A stretch of 64,000 bases of DNA from Desulfobacter sp. (GTDB lineage Bacteria > Desulfobacterota > Desulfobacteria > Desulfobacterales > Desulfobacteraceae), in assembly GCA_028768545.1 (NCBI GenBank), contig CP054838.1, positions 632,727 to 696,726 of the forward strand. Direction: 5' to 3'. The notes under the pieces were generated by a model, which saw only the letters and a program-made list of their open reading frames with translations, searched no databases and was not told the DNA's origin. Positions 20,565 to 31,793 of this stretch are shown piece after piece; the stretch's first letter is position 1, and each line of letters opens with the position of its first letter. The position numbers were made by a program, and so were the translations under genes.

Positions 20565-22289
20565 ATGAGCGAGAAACCCAGTTACAAAGCGCTTGAGCAG
20601 CAGATTAAACGACTTGAGCAGGCTGTTTCCAGAACACGGCGGGCCGAGATGGTCAATAAAACGCTGTTTCACATTGCCTCTGCACTCAATACCAGCGACA
20701 CCCTCCAGGATTTGTACGTTTCCATCCACAAACATCTTTCCTCTCTCATGGACATGACCAATTTTTTTATTGCGGTTTTTTACCATGAGAAAAATGCCAT
20801 TCAATATGTATTTCGCAGGGATGAGGCTGCTGACTTTTCTCCTAAATGGATTTATAATTTCAATGAAAATTTATCCCTGACAGGAGAGGTGATTTTAAAG
20901 AAAAAACCGCTTCTTCTGGATGAGCAGCAGTTGAGCGAGCTTGCCGCCAAAGGCCAGGTCCTGGGCCGCCTGCCCAAAAATTGGCTGGGCATCCCCCTGA
21001 TGATTCAAGGGGATGTGCTGGGTGTGATGGCCGTGAAAAGCTATACCAATCCCATCAAGTATAACCAGGACCATGTGGAGCTTCTCAGCTTTGTCTCTGA
21101 AACCATTGCCGTTGCCATTGAAAAAAAGCGGGCTGAAAAGGAATTGATGCAGACCCGCAAACGACTGGTCCGGTCCCAGAAGCTTGAGGCCATAGGCACT
21201 TTGGCAGGCGGTATTGCCCATGATTTTAACAACACCCTCTCCATTACCCTGGGCAATATCAACCTGGCCCAGATGATTGTCACCAGTGATCCGGTAAAGG
21301 AATATCTGGCCGATGCAGAGCAGTCCATTCTCCAGGCCAAGGAGCTGGCCTCCAAATTTGTTGTGTTTTCCAAGGGCGGCGGGGTGCGGATCAAATCCCA
21401 TATTGATACCCATGGGTTTTTAAATGATGCCCTGACCCCCATGGAAAAAGAAGATGCCATTAAGTGCGATCTTAAGATTCTGGACCTGCCGCCCGTGATG
21501 GAAGCGGACAAGGAGCTTCTCCAGGAAGCGTTGAAAAATATTGTGATCAACGGGGCTGAAGCCATGGGCATGGCAGAAAAAGTCCGGGTGGAGGCAAAAG
21601 TTCATCCGGACAAGCAGGGCATGATCATGATTTCAGTGATTGATCATGGCCGGGGGATTTCACAAAAAGATATTGAAAAGGTGTTTGATCCTTATTTTTC
21701 TACAAAACCCATGGGCAATAACAAGGGAACCGGACTGGGCCTTTCCATTGCCTGGGCCATTGTAAAAAACCACCAGGGCACCATCCGAATTGAATCCAGC
21801 CTGGGTCAGGGCACCCGGGTGGACATGATTTTACCGGTTTTTCAAAAGGGAAATCCCAAGGGCCAGGCCCCTAAATCTGTCCACCAGGACAAGGCGCCCC
21901 CAAAGTATGCCCAGACCAGAAAACCCCTGGTATTGTTCATGGATGACGACACCATGATTCTTGAAATCACAAAGAAAATTCTGGAGCGGCTCGGGTATGA
22001 GCCTGTGATTGCCAGGACCGGAGAAGAAGCGGTTGAAAAATACCGGTCTTCCCTGATTAAAGGCAAAATTATCGGAAAGGTGATTTTGGACCTGGAGGTC
22101 AAGCGCGGCATGGGCGGGGTTGAAACCATGGAAAAATTGTTGACCCTGAACCCCGGGATTAAGGGGATTGTGGCTTCCGGATACTCCAATGATCCCACCA
22201 TGGAAAATTGTTCGTACTTTGGATTTTCAGCGGCCCTGTCAAAACCCTTTTCCATTGATACCCTGAAAAGGGCCCTTGACGATCTTTAG
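20565..22289 (+). CDS. Hybrid histidine kinase GAF-HisKA-HATPase-REC
   Basis: GAF (WLGIPLM), QKLEAIGTLAGGIAHDFNN, FDPYFSTK, GTGLGL and REC. Confidence 0.92.
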   Translation: MSEKPSYKALEQQIKRLEQAVSRTRRAEMVNKTLFHIASALNTSDTLQDLYVSIHKHLSSLMDMTNFFIAVFYHEKNAIQYVFRRDEAADFSPKWIYNFNENLSLTGEVILKKKPLLLDEQQLSELAAKGQVLGRLPKNWLGIPLMIQGDVLGVMAVKSYTNPIKYNQDHVELLSFVSETIAVAIEKKRAEKELMQTRKRLVRSQKLEAIGTLAGGIAHDFNNTLSITLGNINLAQMIVTSDPVKEYLADAEQSILQAKELASKFVVFSKGGGVRIKSHIDTHGFLNDALTPMEKEDAIKCDLKILDLPPVMEADKELLQEALKNIVINGAEAMGMAEKVRVEAKVHPDKQGMIMISVIDHGRGISQKDIEKVFDPYFSTKPMGNNKGTGLGLSIAWAIVKNHQGTIRIESSLGQGTRVDMILPVFQKGNPKGQAPKSVHQDKAPPKYAQTRKPLVLFMDDDTMILEITKKILERLGYEPVIARTGEEAVEKYRSSLIKGKIIGKVILDLEVKRGMGGVETMEKLLTLNPGIKGIVASGYSNDPTMENCSYFGFSAALSKPFSIDTLKRALDDL

Positions 22290-22497
22290 TTTGGGTCTAA
22301 CCCGAATATTTCATAACCAGAAGGTCAGAAACTGACAATTTGGGGCAACTGGATATTAATATCTTTAAATCCAGCAAGGTATAATTTTTTGCCCAGCCAA
22401 TTCCAAGGGTGCAAATTGTCACCCTTCGGGCGAACCGATTTTACTTCATCTGCGGCGTTGCAGACCGTTCACAGTCTTTTAATCCATTGATCCGGGA

Positions 22498-23823
22498 TTA
22501 TTTTCTGACCTTTACCGAGTTGGCATGGGCGTCGAGGCCCTCGGTCATGGCCAGGGTGATCACATCATCGGCCTCCTGCTTAAAGGCGGTTGACGAATAA
22601 TGGATCAGGCTGGTTTTTTTGGTAAAGTTTTCCACGCCCAGGGCAGATGAAAATCTTGCCGTTCCAGCCGTGGGCAGCACATGGTTGGGGCCTGCAATAT
22701 AATCCCCCATGGGCTCCGGGGTATAGGGCCCCACAAAAAGCGCACCTGCATTGTGAATCTGATCGATATAATCAAATGGGGCCTCCACCAGGAGTTCCAG
22801 ATGTTCAGGTGCCAGGCGGTTGGACAGTTCGATGGCGGTTTTAATATCCGGCACCACCAGGATGGATCCGAAATCCTCAATGGATTTTTTGGCGATCTCT
22901 TTTCTTGACAGTTTTTCGATCTGGGTCTTTAGGGCAGCAATGGTCTGTTCTGCAAATCTTCTTGAATCCGTGACCAAAATGGCCGAGGCCAGCACATCAT
23001 GCTCTGCCTGGGAGAGCAGGTCTGCCGCGGCAAATTCAGGGTTTGCCCCCTTGTCGGCAATGATCAGGATTTCACTGGGGCCTGCAATCATGTCAATTCC
23101 CACACTGCCGGAAACGATTTTTTTGGCCAGGGTCACATAAATATTGCCGGGTCCCACAATAACATCCACCTTTGGCACCTGCTCGGTCCCATAGGCCAGG
23201 GCGCCAATGGCCCAGGCAGACCCTGCCTTGAACACAGAGGTGATTCCCACCTTTTTTGCTGCCGCCAGAATATGGGGATTGATCCGGCCGTCCGCCATGG
23301 GCGGGGTCAAAAGGTTGATGGACTCAACCCCTGCGGTCCGGGCGGGAATTCCTCCCATGAGAACGGAGGAGACCAGAGGGGTTTTTCCGCCCTTGGCCCC
23401 CGGGGCATAGATTCCTGCCGCCTGGACCGGGCGTACCATCTGCCCCACCATCACCCCGTTTCTCGGGGTATCTATCCATGAGTTTTCCTTTTGCCGGGTG
23501 TGAAAGGATGTCAGCTGTTCAACAGACCGGTCCAGGGCCTTTAGAAATTCGGGAGAGATCCGGTCCAGGGCCTCATCAAATTCCCGGTCCGTAACCTTGA
23601 GGGTCTCAAGGGTGACGGCAGGGGAGTCAAACTTATTGGTGTATTCAACCAGGGCCTGATCCCCTCTTTTTTTTACATCATCCAGATAGGCCTGGACATT
23701 GTCATGGTCTTGTTTGGAAAAGCCCAACCCTCTGTCAATGGTGTCCTTAACTCTTTTTTCAGCGTCCTCGGACGGGTAGTTAAATATTTTCATGGCAATC
23801 TGTTTTTGTATTTTTATCATCAT
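22498..23823 (-). CDS. hisD: Histidinol dehydrogenase
   Basis: GIYAPG, VGPGNIYV, IDMIAGPSE, LLSQAEHD, APEHLE, GDYIAGPNHVLPT. Start placed after the GGGAG RBS. Confidence 0.96.
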   Translation of the reverse strand: MMIKIQKQIAMKIFNYPSEDAEKRVKDTIDRGLGFSKQDHDNVQAYLDDVKKRGDQALVEYTNKFDSPAVTLETLKVTDREFDEALDRISPEFLKALDRSVEQLTSFHTRQKENSWIDTPRNGVMVGQMVRPVQAAGIYAPGAKGGKTPLVSSVLMGGIPARTAGVESINLLTPPMADGRINPHILAAAKKVGITSVFKAGSAWAIGALAYGTEQVPKVDVIVGPGNIYVTLAKKIVSGSVGIDMIAGPSEILIIADKGANPEFAAADLLSQAEHDVLASAILVTDSRRFAEQTIAALKTQIEKLSRKEIAKKSIEDFGSILVVPDIKTAIELSNRLAPEHLELLVEAPFDYIDQIHNAGALFVGPYTPEPMGDYIAGPNHVLPTAGTARFSSALGVENFTKKTSLIHYSSTAFKQEADDVITLAMTEGLDAHANSVKVRK

Positions 23824-24057
23824 TGGATCTCCCTTAAGGCATACCATAGGGATGCCCCGGCAAGTTGGCAACCTTATATTTATAACAAAATTTGTCCGGG
23901 AAGAACAATTGAAACTTTTTAAGGGCCTATAAATGATTTAATCAGAGGGTCCTGGCGGGTTTGTACGGATTGAAAAAAAGGCGGGGCAGAAGAGAGGGGT
24001 TGATCTTGTTTTTTGTTGATAAACGAAAAAAAGAAATCAGAAAGGGCATTTGAAAAG

Positions 24058-24096
24058 ACCGGCAGGGGAGAGTTAAAATCGCTTTCCCCTGCCGGT
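24058..24096 (-). terminator. Intrinsic terminator after aor
   Basis: 12-bp stem ACCGGCAGGGGA / TCCCCTGCCGGT followed by CTTTT on the minus strand. Confidence 0.7.
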
Positions 24097-24100
24097 GTTG

Positions 24101-25828
24101 TTAGAACTCCAGGGTTTTCTGGAGGTCTTCGTTGCTAAAATCCCAGGTGGTTTTATGGGGGGGGAACTCTTCTAAGAACATTTCAGGGAGCTGGTCATCC
24201 ACAGGGGTAAACCCGGCTCTTTTGTTGAATTCCTTTTCATTCCTGAGAACGGATTTCCCCAGCTCAAGAATATCCTCCGGGGTCAGTTCAAGTCCGAACT
24301 GGGCATTGATCATCTTGGCAATGGTGGGCAGCCCGTCTTCATTGTCCAGGACGGCAAAGGCCACAAAGAGGCAGAGGCCTGCCGCATCAATGGCCGCGGT
24401 GGCGATCTGGAGCCCCTGGGAAAGTTCCATGTTCCCCTCTTTTTTGGTGGGGTCAATGGATCCGCCAACGGCCAGGATATTGGCAGTCACCCCGTAGCCG
24501 GCAGTATGGTCGGCTCCCATGGGGGTGGTGGCATAGGTAACGCCCACGCCCTTGCAGGAGCGGGGATCATAGGCGGGCAGGGCCTGTTTTTTGACCACGG
24601 GCACCCGGTCAACGCCCAGGGCTTCTCCGGTAAAAAAGGCCCCGTTTCCGATGATTTTGCCTTCGGAGCTGTATTCACCCACCTTGGAAAGCAGAGCAAT
24701 GGCGGCAGGACCGTCACCCCAGGGGATCATTCCCCCTTCCATGGCAACGCCCAGGGCCACACCCATGTCGATGGTGTCCAGGCCGTAATCATCGCAGATG
24801 CGGTCCAGCATGGCAATTTCGTCCAGGTTCTTAATGGTGGTGTGGGCGCCGAATGCCCAGATGGTTTCATACTCAAACCCTGAGGTCAGGTAATTGTTGT
24901 CCTTGTCATGGTAGACATTGGAACATTTGATCACGCAACCCGGGTGACAGCCCTCTGTGGTGATGCCGCCCCTTTTTTCAATGTTTTCAGCCATGGTTTC
25001 CCCGGAAATCGCCTGGGCATCTTCAAACCGGCCGGACCTGAAATTCTGGGTGGGCATGGCCCCGGCTTCGTTGACGACATTGACCAAAACGGCAGTGCCC
25101 AAGGCTGGCAGGCCTTCCCCGGTTACCGGGTGGCTGCGGAGCATTTCCATCCACCGCTTGTTGGCGGCCTTAAAGGCTTCGGGGTCCTTGATCTCCAGGC
25201 GTTCAGCCCCTTTATCATTAACCACAATGGCCTTGATTTTTTTTGACCCCATGACAGCGCCCAAACCGCCCCGGCCATGAGCCCGTCCAGGTCTGCCGTT
25301 CATATCAGCCTGCTGGATGGAGGCGGCCTTGAGGCATTGTTCTCCTGCCTGGCCAATGGACAGAACCCCTCTGTTTTTCCCATATTGGGTCCAGAGGGAT
25401 TCCATGACCTCATAGTTGCCTTTTTTAACCAAATCATCGGCAGGCAGGATTTCTACCCCGTCATTGTTGATGACGATCATGGAGTATTGGTCATCCTGGG
25501 GTTTGTCTTCAAGAACAATGGCGGTAATGCCCAGCTTGGCCAGTTTCTGGGAGACCAGGCCGCCGGCATTGCTCTCTTTGATACCGCCGGTAAGGGGAGA
25601 CTTTGCGCCGGCGGAAAGCCGTCCTGAATTTGTTGCAGGAGAGCCTGACATGATGCCCGGAGCAAAGATCAGTTTGTTGTTTTTTCCTAAAGGGTGGCAG
25701 GTGGCAGGCACTTCGTCCAGAATCATTTTGGATGTCAGCGCCCTTCCCCCGAGACCTGCATAGGCCTCCGGGGTTTCTTCAAAGGTAAAGGTTTTTTCCT
25801 TTGTATTAATTCTCAATAACTTCCCCAT
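24101..25828 (-). CDS. aor: Tungsten-dependent aldehyde:ferredoxin oxidoreductase family protein
   Basis: KSPLTGGIKESNAGG, GRGGLGAVMGSKKIKAI, EYET, DDYGLDTI and YDPR motifs. Confidence 0.92.
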   Translation of the reverse strand: MGKLLRINTKEKTFTFEETPEAYAGLGGRALTSKMILDEVPATCHPLGKNNKLIFAPGIMSGSPATNSGRLSAGAKSPLTGGIKESNAGGLVSQKLAKLGITAIVLEDKPQDDQYSMIVINNDGVEILPADDLVKKGNYEVMESLWTQYGKNRGVLSIGQAGEQCLKAASIQQADMNGRPGRAHGRGGLGAVMGSKKIKAIVVNDKGAERLEIKDPEAFKAANKRWMEMLRSHPVTGEGLPALGTAVLVNVVNEAGAMPTQNFRSGRFEDAQAISGETMAENIEKRGGITTEGCHPGCVIKCSNVYHDKDNNYLTSGFEYETIWAFGAHTTIKNLDEIAMLDRICDDYGLDTIDMGVALGVAMEGGMIPWGDGPAAIALLSKVGEYSSEGKIIGNGAFFTGEALGVDRVPVVKKQALPAYDPRSCKGVGVTYATTPMGADHTAGYGVTANILAVGGSIDPTKKEGNMELSQGLQIATAAIDAAGLCLFVAFAVLDNEDGLPTIAKMINAQFGLELTPEDILELGKSVLRNEKEFNKRAGFTPVDDQLPEMFLEEFPPHKTTWDFSNEDLQKTLEF

Positions 25829-25872
25829 AATATATCCTCCTTGGCAAAAGTTGATTAAACTTAAGGGGTGGT

Positions 25873-27117
25873 TTAACGAAATTTTTTTGGCTTTTTTAAT
25901 GCCATTTTAACCAATTTCGGCTCAAATTTGGCTAATATCTCAACAAGACCCTTTTGCTGGGACATAACACGGCCGATATTTTTATATGCCATGGGAATCT
26001 CGTCAAGTCCAGCAGAAATCAATCTAACCTGATTTTTTTCAAGAATATTCTGTAAATCCTTAAATGTGAATTTTTTAAGGGCAGCGGTTCTGCTCATGAG
26101 ACGGCCGGCCCCGTGGGCTGCTGAGCTGATGGCCTCTTCATTGCCCTTGCCCCGGACAATAAAGCAGGGATCTGTCATGGTTCCGGGAATAATGCCCAAA
26201 AGACCCTTATGGGCCGGGATGGCCCCTTTGCGGTGGACAATGACATTTGTCGGGCCTATTTTTTCCTTAAAGGCGAAATTATGATGATTTTCCACGCTTG
26301 CCAGGGGACTTAGGCCCAGGGCCTTGAAAATGGAGTCGTGTATGATGTCATGGTTGGCCGCAGCATAGGCGCCCATAAGGGTCATGGCCTTAAAATAGGA
26401 TTGGCCCTCTTCTCTGTCCATGGAGAGCCAGGCCAGGTGTCTGAGGTGGGCGGGCAGTTCCGGATGAAGGGACTGGGCCAGGTTTGAATAATGTTTGGCA
26501 ATCTTTGCCCCTGTCCCACGGCTGCCCGAGTGGGTGAGCAGGCCGATGTAAGCGCCCGGCGTGAGTCCAAGCACAGGTTTGTCCAGGGTCAGGTTTCCGA
26601 ATTCGGCAAAGTGGTTGCCACCCCCGCTGGTGCCCAGTTGTTTCCAGGCCCTGTCCTTTAAAACAGCCACCTGGTGACAGAAAGTCCAGTCCCTGTCCAT
26701 GACCTTGTGGCTTTTGGGATGCTTAAAATATTGGCCCGTTCCAAACCGGGTATGGGTTTCCAGGACTTTTTTCAGCTCTTCTCTGAGAGGGGCGAACCCG
26801 TTAAAGGGGATCGGAAGAACAGAGAGCCTGACCCGGCAGGCAATATCCACGCCCATGGCATAGGGGATCACCGCATTGTCGGCCGCCAGGACCCCGCCGA
26901 TGGGCAGTCCGTACCCCTTGTGGGCATCAGGCATGAGGGCCCCTTTGACCGAAACGGGCAGGGACATGGCGTTTTCCATTTGTTCAACGGCTGCCGGATC
27001 CAGATCCTGTCCAAACATGATGTATTTGTTTTTTTTGACCATAATTTTGCAAGGGTTTGTTTTTGCCGGTTTCAAGGTTGTGCCCCATGGCTTGAGTCTA
27101 TCAAATACCGGCCTCAT
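25873..27117 (-). CDS. rtcB: RtcB-family RNA ligase
   Basis: MPDAHKGYGLPIGG, DIAC, GGGNHF, HSGSRG, NHHN, HRKGA and HGAGR motifs. True start may be downstream (MVKKNK). Confidence 0.92.
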   Translation of the reverse strand: MRPVFDRLKPWGTTLKPAKTNPCKIMVKKNKYIMFGQDLDPAAVEQMENAMSLPVSVKGALMPDAHKGYGLPIGGVLAADNAVIPYAMGVDIACRVRLSVLPIPFNGFAPLREELKKVLETHTRFGTGQYFKHPKSHKVMDRDWTFCHQVAVLKDRAWKQLGTSGGGNHFAEFGNLTLDKPVLGLTPGAYIGLLTHSGSRGTGAKIAKHYSNLAQSLHPELPAHLRHLAWLSMDREEGQSYFKAMTLMGAYAAANHDIIHDSIFKALGLSPLASVENHHNFAFKEKIGPTNVIVHRKGAIPAHKGLLGIIPGTMTDPCFIVRGKGNEEAISSAAHGAGRLMSRTAALKKFTFKDLQNILEKNQVRLISAGLDEIPMAYKNIGRVMSQQKGLVEILAKFEPKLVKMALKKPKKFR

Positions 27118-27229
27118 GATAAAGGCAAGCTATCATCATTTTTTGGCATTTAGGGTCAGGGTCGTTTCTTTTATTGTTGATTTGCCGGTATGAATTTGAT
27201 CCCCTATTCATGGGGCTGTTTTATTGCCA

Positions 27230-27261
27230 AAATACCCGGCAGGATAAGGGCCCGGGTATTT
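27230..27261. terminator. Hairpin, probable terminator after the activase gene
   Basis: AAATACCCGG / CCGGGTATTT 10-bp inverted repeat. Confidence 0.45.
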
Positions 27262-27339
27262 GGGGAGATTTTTTTTACCCGCCATGGCCTTTGCCACAGC
27301 AAATTTCATACTTGAACGGCTCTGGATGATTCGTACATG

Positions 27340-28263
27340 TTAAGGTTCAAGGCCAATCCCTTGGTCCGTAAAAAATTTTTCGCAGGCCTTGACCTGCGGG
27401 TCCGGCATCCATTCTCCCAGGGACTCCGCCTGGGTTGCAACAGGTGCCATGCCGATTTTTTTAATCTTTTCCTGCCACAGGGGGTGGTATGGCAGCAGCT
27501 GGGTTTTTTTTACATTCTCCTGAATATAAAATTCAGCAATGGCCTTTAGATTCTCCTGGGTGTCGGTGATATTGGGGATCAATGGGGTTCTGGGCAGGAT
27601 CTTTACCCCGCCGTCCAGATATTGCCGATGAAGATGTTTAAAATTTTTTAAAATAGTTGTGTTGGAAATGCCGCAATATTTTTTATGGGCATGGCTGTCC
27701 AGAATTTTGATGTCAAAATAGATCAAATCCACATGGGGGTAGACCAGATCCATAAAGGCCCTGTAATTAAACTGCCCGCAGGTCTCAATGAGGATGTGAA
27801 TCCCTTGTTCCTTTAGTCGTTTTGCAGCCCCGCCCAAATATTCCATCCAGAGAGTGGGTTCTCCCCCGGAAAAGGTTACCCCGCCCTTTGAGGTATCAAA
27901 AAACGGTTTGTCCCTGATCACCTGTTCCTCCATGCTGGAAACGTCCATGGGCCGGCCGATACGCTCCAGGGCCCCGGACGGGCAATGGTCCACACAGTCA
28001 AAACACAGGTTGCATACACTGCGGTCAATGAACAGGGGATTTTCTCTGGAAAGGGCCTGCCGGGTGCAGGTGTCGATGCAGGTGTTGCATCCCACACAGG
28101 TTTTTGATTCAAAGGCAATCTCAACCCCGGGGTTTTTGCTTTCCGGGTTATGGCACCAGACACAGTCCAGGGGACAGCCCTTAAGAAAGATAACGGTGCG
28201 GATACCCGGGCCGTCATCAAGGGAGTTGCCCTTTAGTTCAAGGATAAGTGGGGCGTTTTTCAT
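27340..28263 (-). CDS. Glycyl-radical enzyme activating protein (radical SAM with ferredoxin insert)
   Basis: DGPGIRTVIFLKGCPLDCVWCHNPES, two CxxCxxCxxxC motifs and GGVTFSGGEP. Confidence 0.95.
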   Translation of the reverse strand: MKNAPLILELKGNSLDDGPGIRTVIFLKGCPLDCVWCHNPESKNPGVEIAFESKTCVGCNTCIDTCTRQALSRENPLFIDRSVCNLCFDCVDHCPSGALERIGRPMDVSSMEEQVIRDKPFFDTSKGGVTFSGGEPTLWMEYLGGAAKRLKEQGIHILIETCGQFNYRAFMDLVYPHVDLIYFDIKILDSHAHKKYCGISNTTILKNFKHLHRQYLDGGVKILPRTPLIPNITDTQENLKAIAEFYIQENVKKTQLLPYHPLWQEKIKKIGMAPVATQAESLGEWMPDPQVKACEKFFTDQGIGLEP

Positions 28264-28444
28264 CTTCTGTATTCTGTCCTTTCTATCAATTTAAATGGCA
28301 TCTTTTTGTTCAGGTTCGCTCAATAGGTAGTTTACCCTGGAATACCCGCCAAAAGAGGTCGGTGATTTTCCAGGCCGGGCGTTAACCCCTTTGATCTGGA
28401 TATTCAGGTTAATTTCATCCCCATCTATGGCTGCCCCCTAAGGA

Positions 28445-28481
28445 TTGACAATTAATAGAACAGCGTTTCATTAATTGTCAA
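28445..28481. promoter_or_regulatory. Inverted repeat containing the activase promoter and putative TetR operator
   Basis: TTGACAATTAAT-N13-ATTAATTGTCAA with core AACAGCGTT at 28459-28467. Confidence 0.55.
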
Positions 28482-28542
28482 CCTTTTGTCATAAAAGCCT
28501 GATCAATTGAAATCAGGCGCTATAATAATCAGAAAACAATCG

Positions 28543-28571
28543 TTGACAGGTAGATTTAACGCTGTTAAATA
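28543..28571 (+). promoter_or_regulatory. tetR-GRE promoter with putative TetR operator
   Basis: TTGACA-17-TAAATA. The palindrome ATTTAAC-GCT-GTTAAAT carries the same core in reverse complement (AACGCTGTT). Confidence 0.55.
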
Positions 28572-28603
28572 AATGATAATAATTTTTCGATGACGGAGAG
28601 GTC

Positions 28604-29254
28604 ATGCCCAGAATCACCAGAAATCCGGAAGAGATAGAAAAGACCAAAAATAAAATTTTGGATGCTGCGCTTGCCATCCTCTTTGAAGAGGGATTTGACG
28701 ATTTGAGCATGCGCAAACTCGGTCGGAAGCTGGGTATGACAGCCCCCAATATCTACAATTATTATTCCAGCAAGGATGAGTTATACCTTGTCATCCAAAC
28801 CATCGGGTTTGAACGCATCTGCCAACGATTTGAAAAAATTACATCAATGCACACCCTTCCCATCCACCAGTTTTCCGCCCTGGTGGATGCCTACCTGGCA
28901 TTTGGCATGTCCAATCCTGATTATTACAGCATTATGTTCAGCAGGAATACACCCAAATACACCGATTATATCGGAACCAAGCTTGAACCCATTGCCTTTA
29001 AAGAAAAAAAAGCAGCACTTAAAGTGGCGGATCTCGTCACCTCAGTCATCCGACGCCTGGCCCGGGAAAACAGCCGGATTCAAGAACAGGATGCGGCCTA
29101 CCATACCATTCAAGTCTGGACCAGCCTCCATGGCATTGTATCCCTTTATTATACCCGGGTCCTTCAGGAGCTGGACGAGAATGTGGAAATGACCATCAAC
29201 AGGCTCAAATCAGATATGGTCCAATCCTTTGGTCCTGAAAAAACAGTTACTTAA
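28604..29254 (+). CDS. TetR/AcrR-family regulator with WHG-type C-terminus
   Basis: HTH LSMRKLGRKLGMTAPNIYNYYSSKDEL; WTSLHG motif. Confidence 0.93.
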   Translation: MPRITRNPEEIEKTKNKILDAALAILFEEGFDDLSMRKLGRKLGMTAPNIYNYYSSKDELYLVIQTIGFERICQRFEKITSMHTLPIHQFSALVDAYLAFGMSNPDYYSIMFSRNTPKYTDYIGTKLEPIAFKEKKAALKVADLVTSVIRRLARENSRIQEQDAAYHTIQVWTSLHGIVSLYYTRVLQELDENVEMTINRLKSDMVQSFGPEKTVT

Positions 29255-31793
29255 CACAGGGGTAAAAAAATGAACTTAAAAAACCTTGCCACCCTTTCGT
29301 TTTTAGCACCGCCCAAACCCGAGGTTAAGGATAAAACCATTTTAAACACCTTTACCCATGTTGCCTTGCGATTGATGGCCCTTCAGTTCAACCTGAGACC
29401 CGCCTTAAAAAACAAACTCAAGCACACCGCCATGATTGATTTGTCTCCAAACGGGAAAGAGAACACGACCGGCAAGGGCCGATTTGAGAGGCTGAACTTT
29501 ACCGTGGGCATTAAGACCCAAACCAACTCTGTGCGCCAATATATCCGGTTTCAGGAGGGCAAGGTCACGGTCCTTGGCAAAGCGCCTGAACAGGTAAATG
29601 TCACCCTTACGGCATCAGATGACAAGGCCTTAAAGCAGCTGGCCCTCACCCCCCCAAGCGACATGCTCAACCTTATCTTAAAAAACAGGATCACCCTTGA
29701 GGGGAACCTTGCCTATCTCCAGCTGTTTAACTATTGCATCTCCCTTGTCATGGGTCGGTTCCATGAAAAAATGGCCCGAAGAACCCTGAGAGCTGAAAAA
29801 AAAGTCAGGCAGAAAAATGCCCCTCCCAGCAACCCGGAGTTTGCAAAGGAACTGGCCCTTAGAAAAAATTACAGGATTCAAGGGACAAAAGGTCTGGATT
29901 CCGGGGTAAAATACCTGGATGATCCTTTTCTGCCTGAGTTGAGCCTGGACGATTTTCCCCGGCTGTCCACCTTTTTTAAAACCCACCTTGATACGGTACC
30001 CGAAGTTGATCCGGAGCGGATCAGTTTGCTCACCCAATGGTACCGGGCCAACGGCTGGGAAAAGGATGCACAGGGAAACCCGTGGTTCCCGGAGTATCGA
30101 AATGCCCTGGCCTTTAAGCATCTTATGACCTGTAAACAGCCCATTATAAGGGAAAACGATTTGATTGCCGGAACCACAGGATCCAAGGAGATCTCCACCC
30201 ATGTCTTTGGTGATGGCCAGGGCACCCTTTTCTGGGGGGAGCTTGATTCTGTCAACAAAAGAACCTTAAGTCCCTATACCTGCACCCGTAAAACAGCAGA
30301 TATTCTTCACAGAGAAATTTTCCCCTTTTGGGCGGACAAGACGTTTAGGGAACATGTGCGGCTGACCAAAGATACCCCCTTGTGCCAGAAAATCGATGAG
30401 CGGTGGGTGGCCTATTATGTGTGGAAATCCACGGGCATTTCCCATACCATTCCCAATTTTGAGCGCCTGTTGACAAGAGGGTGTGCCGGTATCAAAGAGG
30501 ATATAAGAAAAAGGTCCCAGGATGAGTTTTTATCCAAAGAAGAGACAGACACCTTAAAATCCATGACCCTTGTTCTGGAAGGGGTTGAGATCTATGCAGA
30601 CCATTTGGCCCGGGAGGCTGCAAAACGGGCCTCTGCCCAGCAAGACGCCCAGCGAAAAAAAGAGCTTGAGGCCCTGGTCCGGATCTGCAGCAGGGTGCCA
30701 AGGGAGCCTGCCACCAGCCTTGCAGAGGCGTTCAATGCCATCAATATCATCTGGACCGCCCTGCACAATGAAAATTCAGACACAGGGCTGTCTTTGGGCC
30801 GGCTTGATCAACTGCTCCAGCTCTATTTTGAAAGGGACATTGAAAAATGCAGTTCAGATGAAGAAAGACAGGCGTATATCAAATCTGCGGTGGAGCTTGC
30901 CGGCTGTTTTGTCATGCGCCTTACCGACCATGTGCCCATGCTTCCGGACATTGCCAATTATCTTTTTGGCGGGGCAACCTCCACCCAGGCCATCACCCTT
31001 GGCGGGGTGACAAAAGAGGGAGAGGACGGGGTCAACGATATGACCTATGTTTTTCTTAAAACCGCGGAAATGCTTGTGGTCAGGGATGCCAATTTTAACT
31101 GCCGATATAACAGCGACAAAAACAGTGATAATTACCTCAAGCGGCTGTGCGAGGTCAATATCATTGCCCAGGCCACCCCCATCATGCACAGTGACCAGGC
31201 CATGTTCAAGGCCTTGGGCCAGCATGGATATCCCCTGGAAGATATCCGGGACTGGGCAGCCACAGGATGTGTGGAGCCCACGATCCAGGGCAAACATAAC
31301 AGCCACACCGCCTCGATCCTGCTCAACATGGTGGCATCCATGGAAATGGCATTAAACAACGGGTTTCATCCCCTCATGGGGTTTTCTGCCGGGCCTGAAA
31401 CCGGGCAGATAGAAAAGGGTGATTTCAAACGTTTTCAGGATTTTTTTGATGCCTGGGAAATACAGCAGAAATTTATCATTGACCAGGCCTGCACCCTGAA
31501 CAATTACCTGGGAGAGGCCCATGGGAAGATTCGCCCCACCCCTCTTTTATCCGTACTTCAGGACGGCACCATTGAAAGCGCCAAAGACGTGCTCAAGGGC
31601 GGGGCAATCTACAATAGTTCAGGCACCTCAAATATCGGCCTGGCAGATGTCATTGACTCGCTTCTGGTGATCAAACAACTGGTTTTTGATGAGAAAAAAA
31701 TCAGCTTTCAAAAATTAAAACAAGCCATTGATGCTGATTTTGAGGGATTTGACTGGATTCATGCCATGGTGAGCAACAAGGTGCCCCAGTTCA

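Noticed and set aside
28290-28440. Stop-free minus-strand stretch (GAAIDGDEINLNIQ...KDAI*) upstream of the activase
   Set aside because: No start codon or RBS, and no family recognised.
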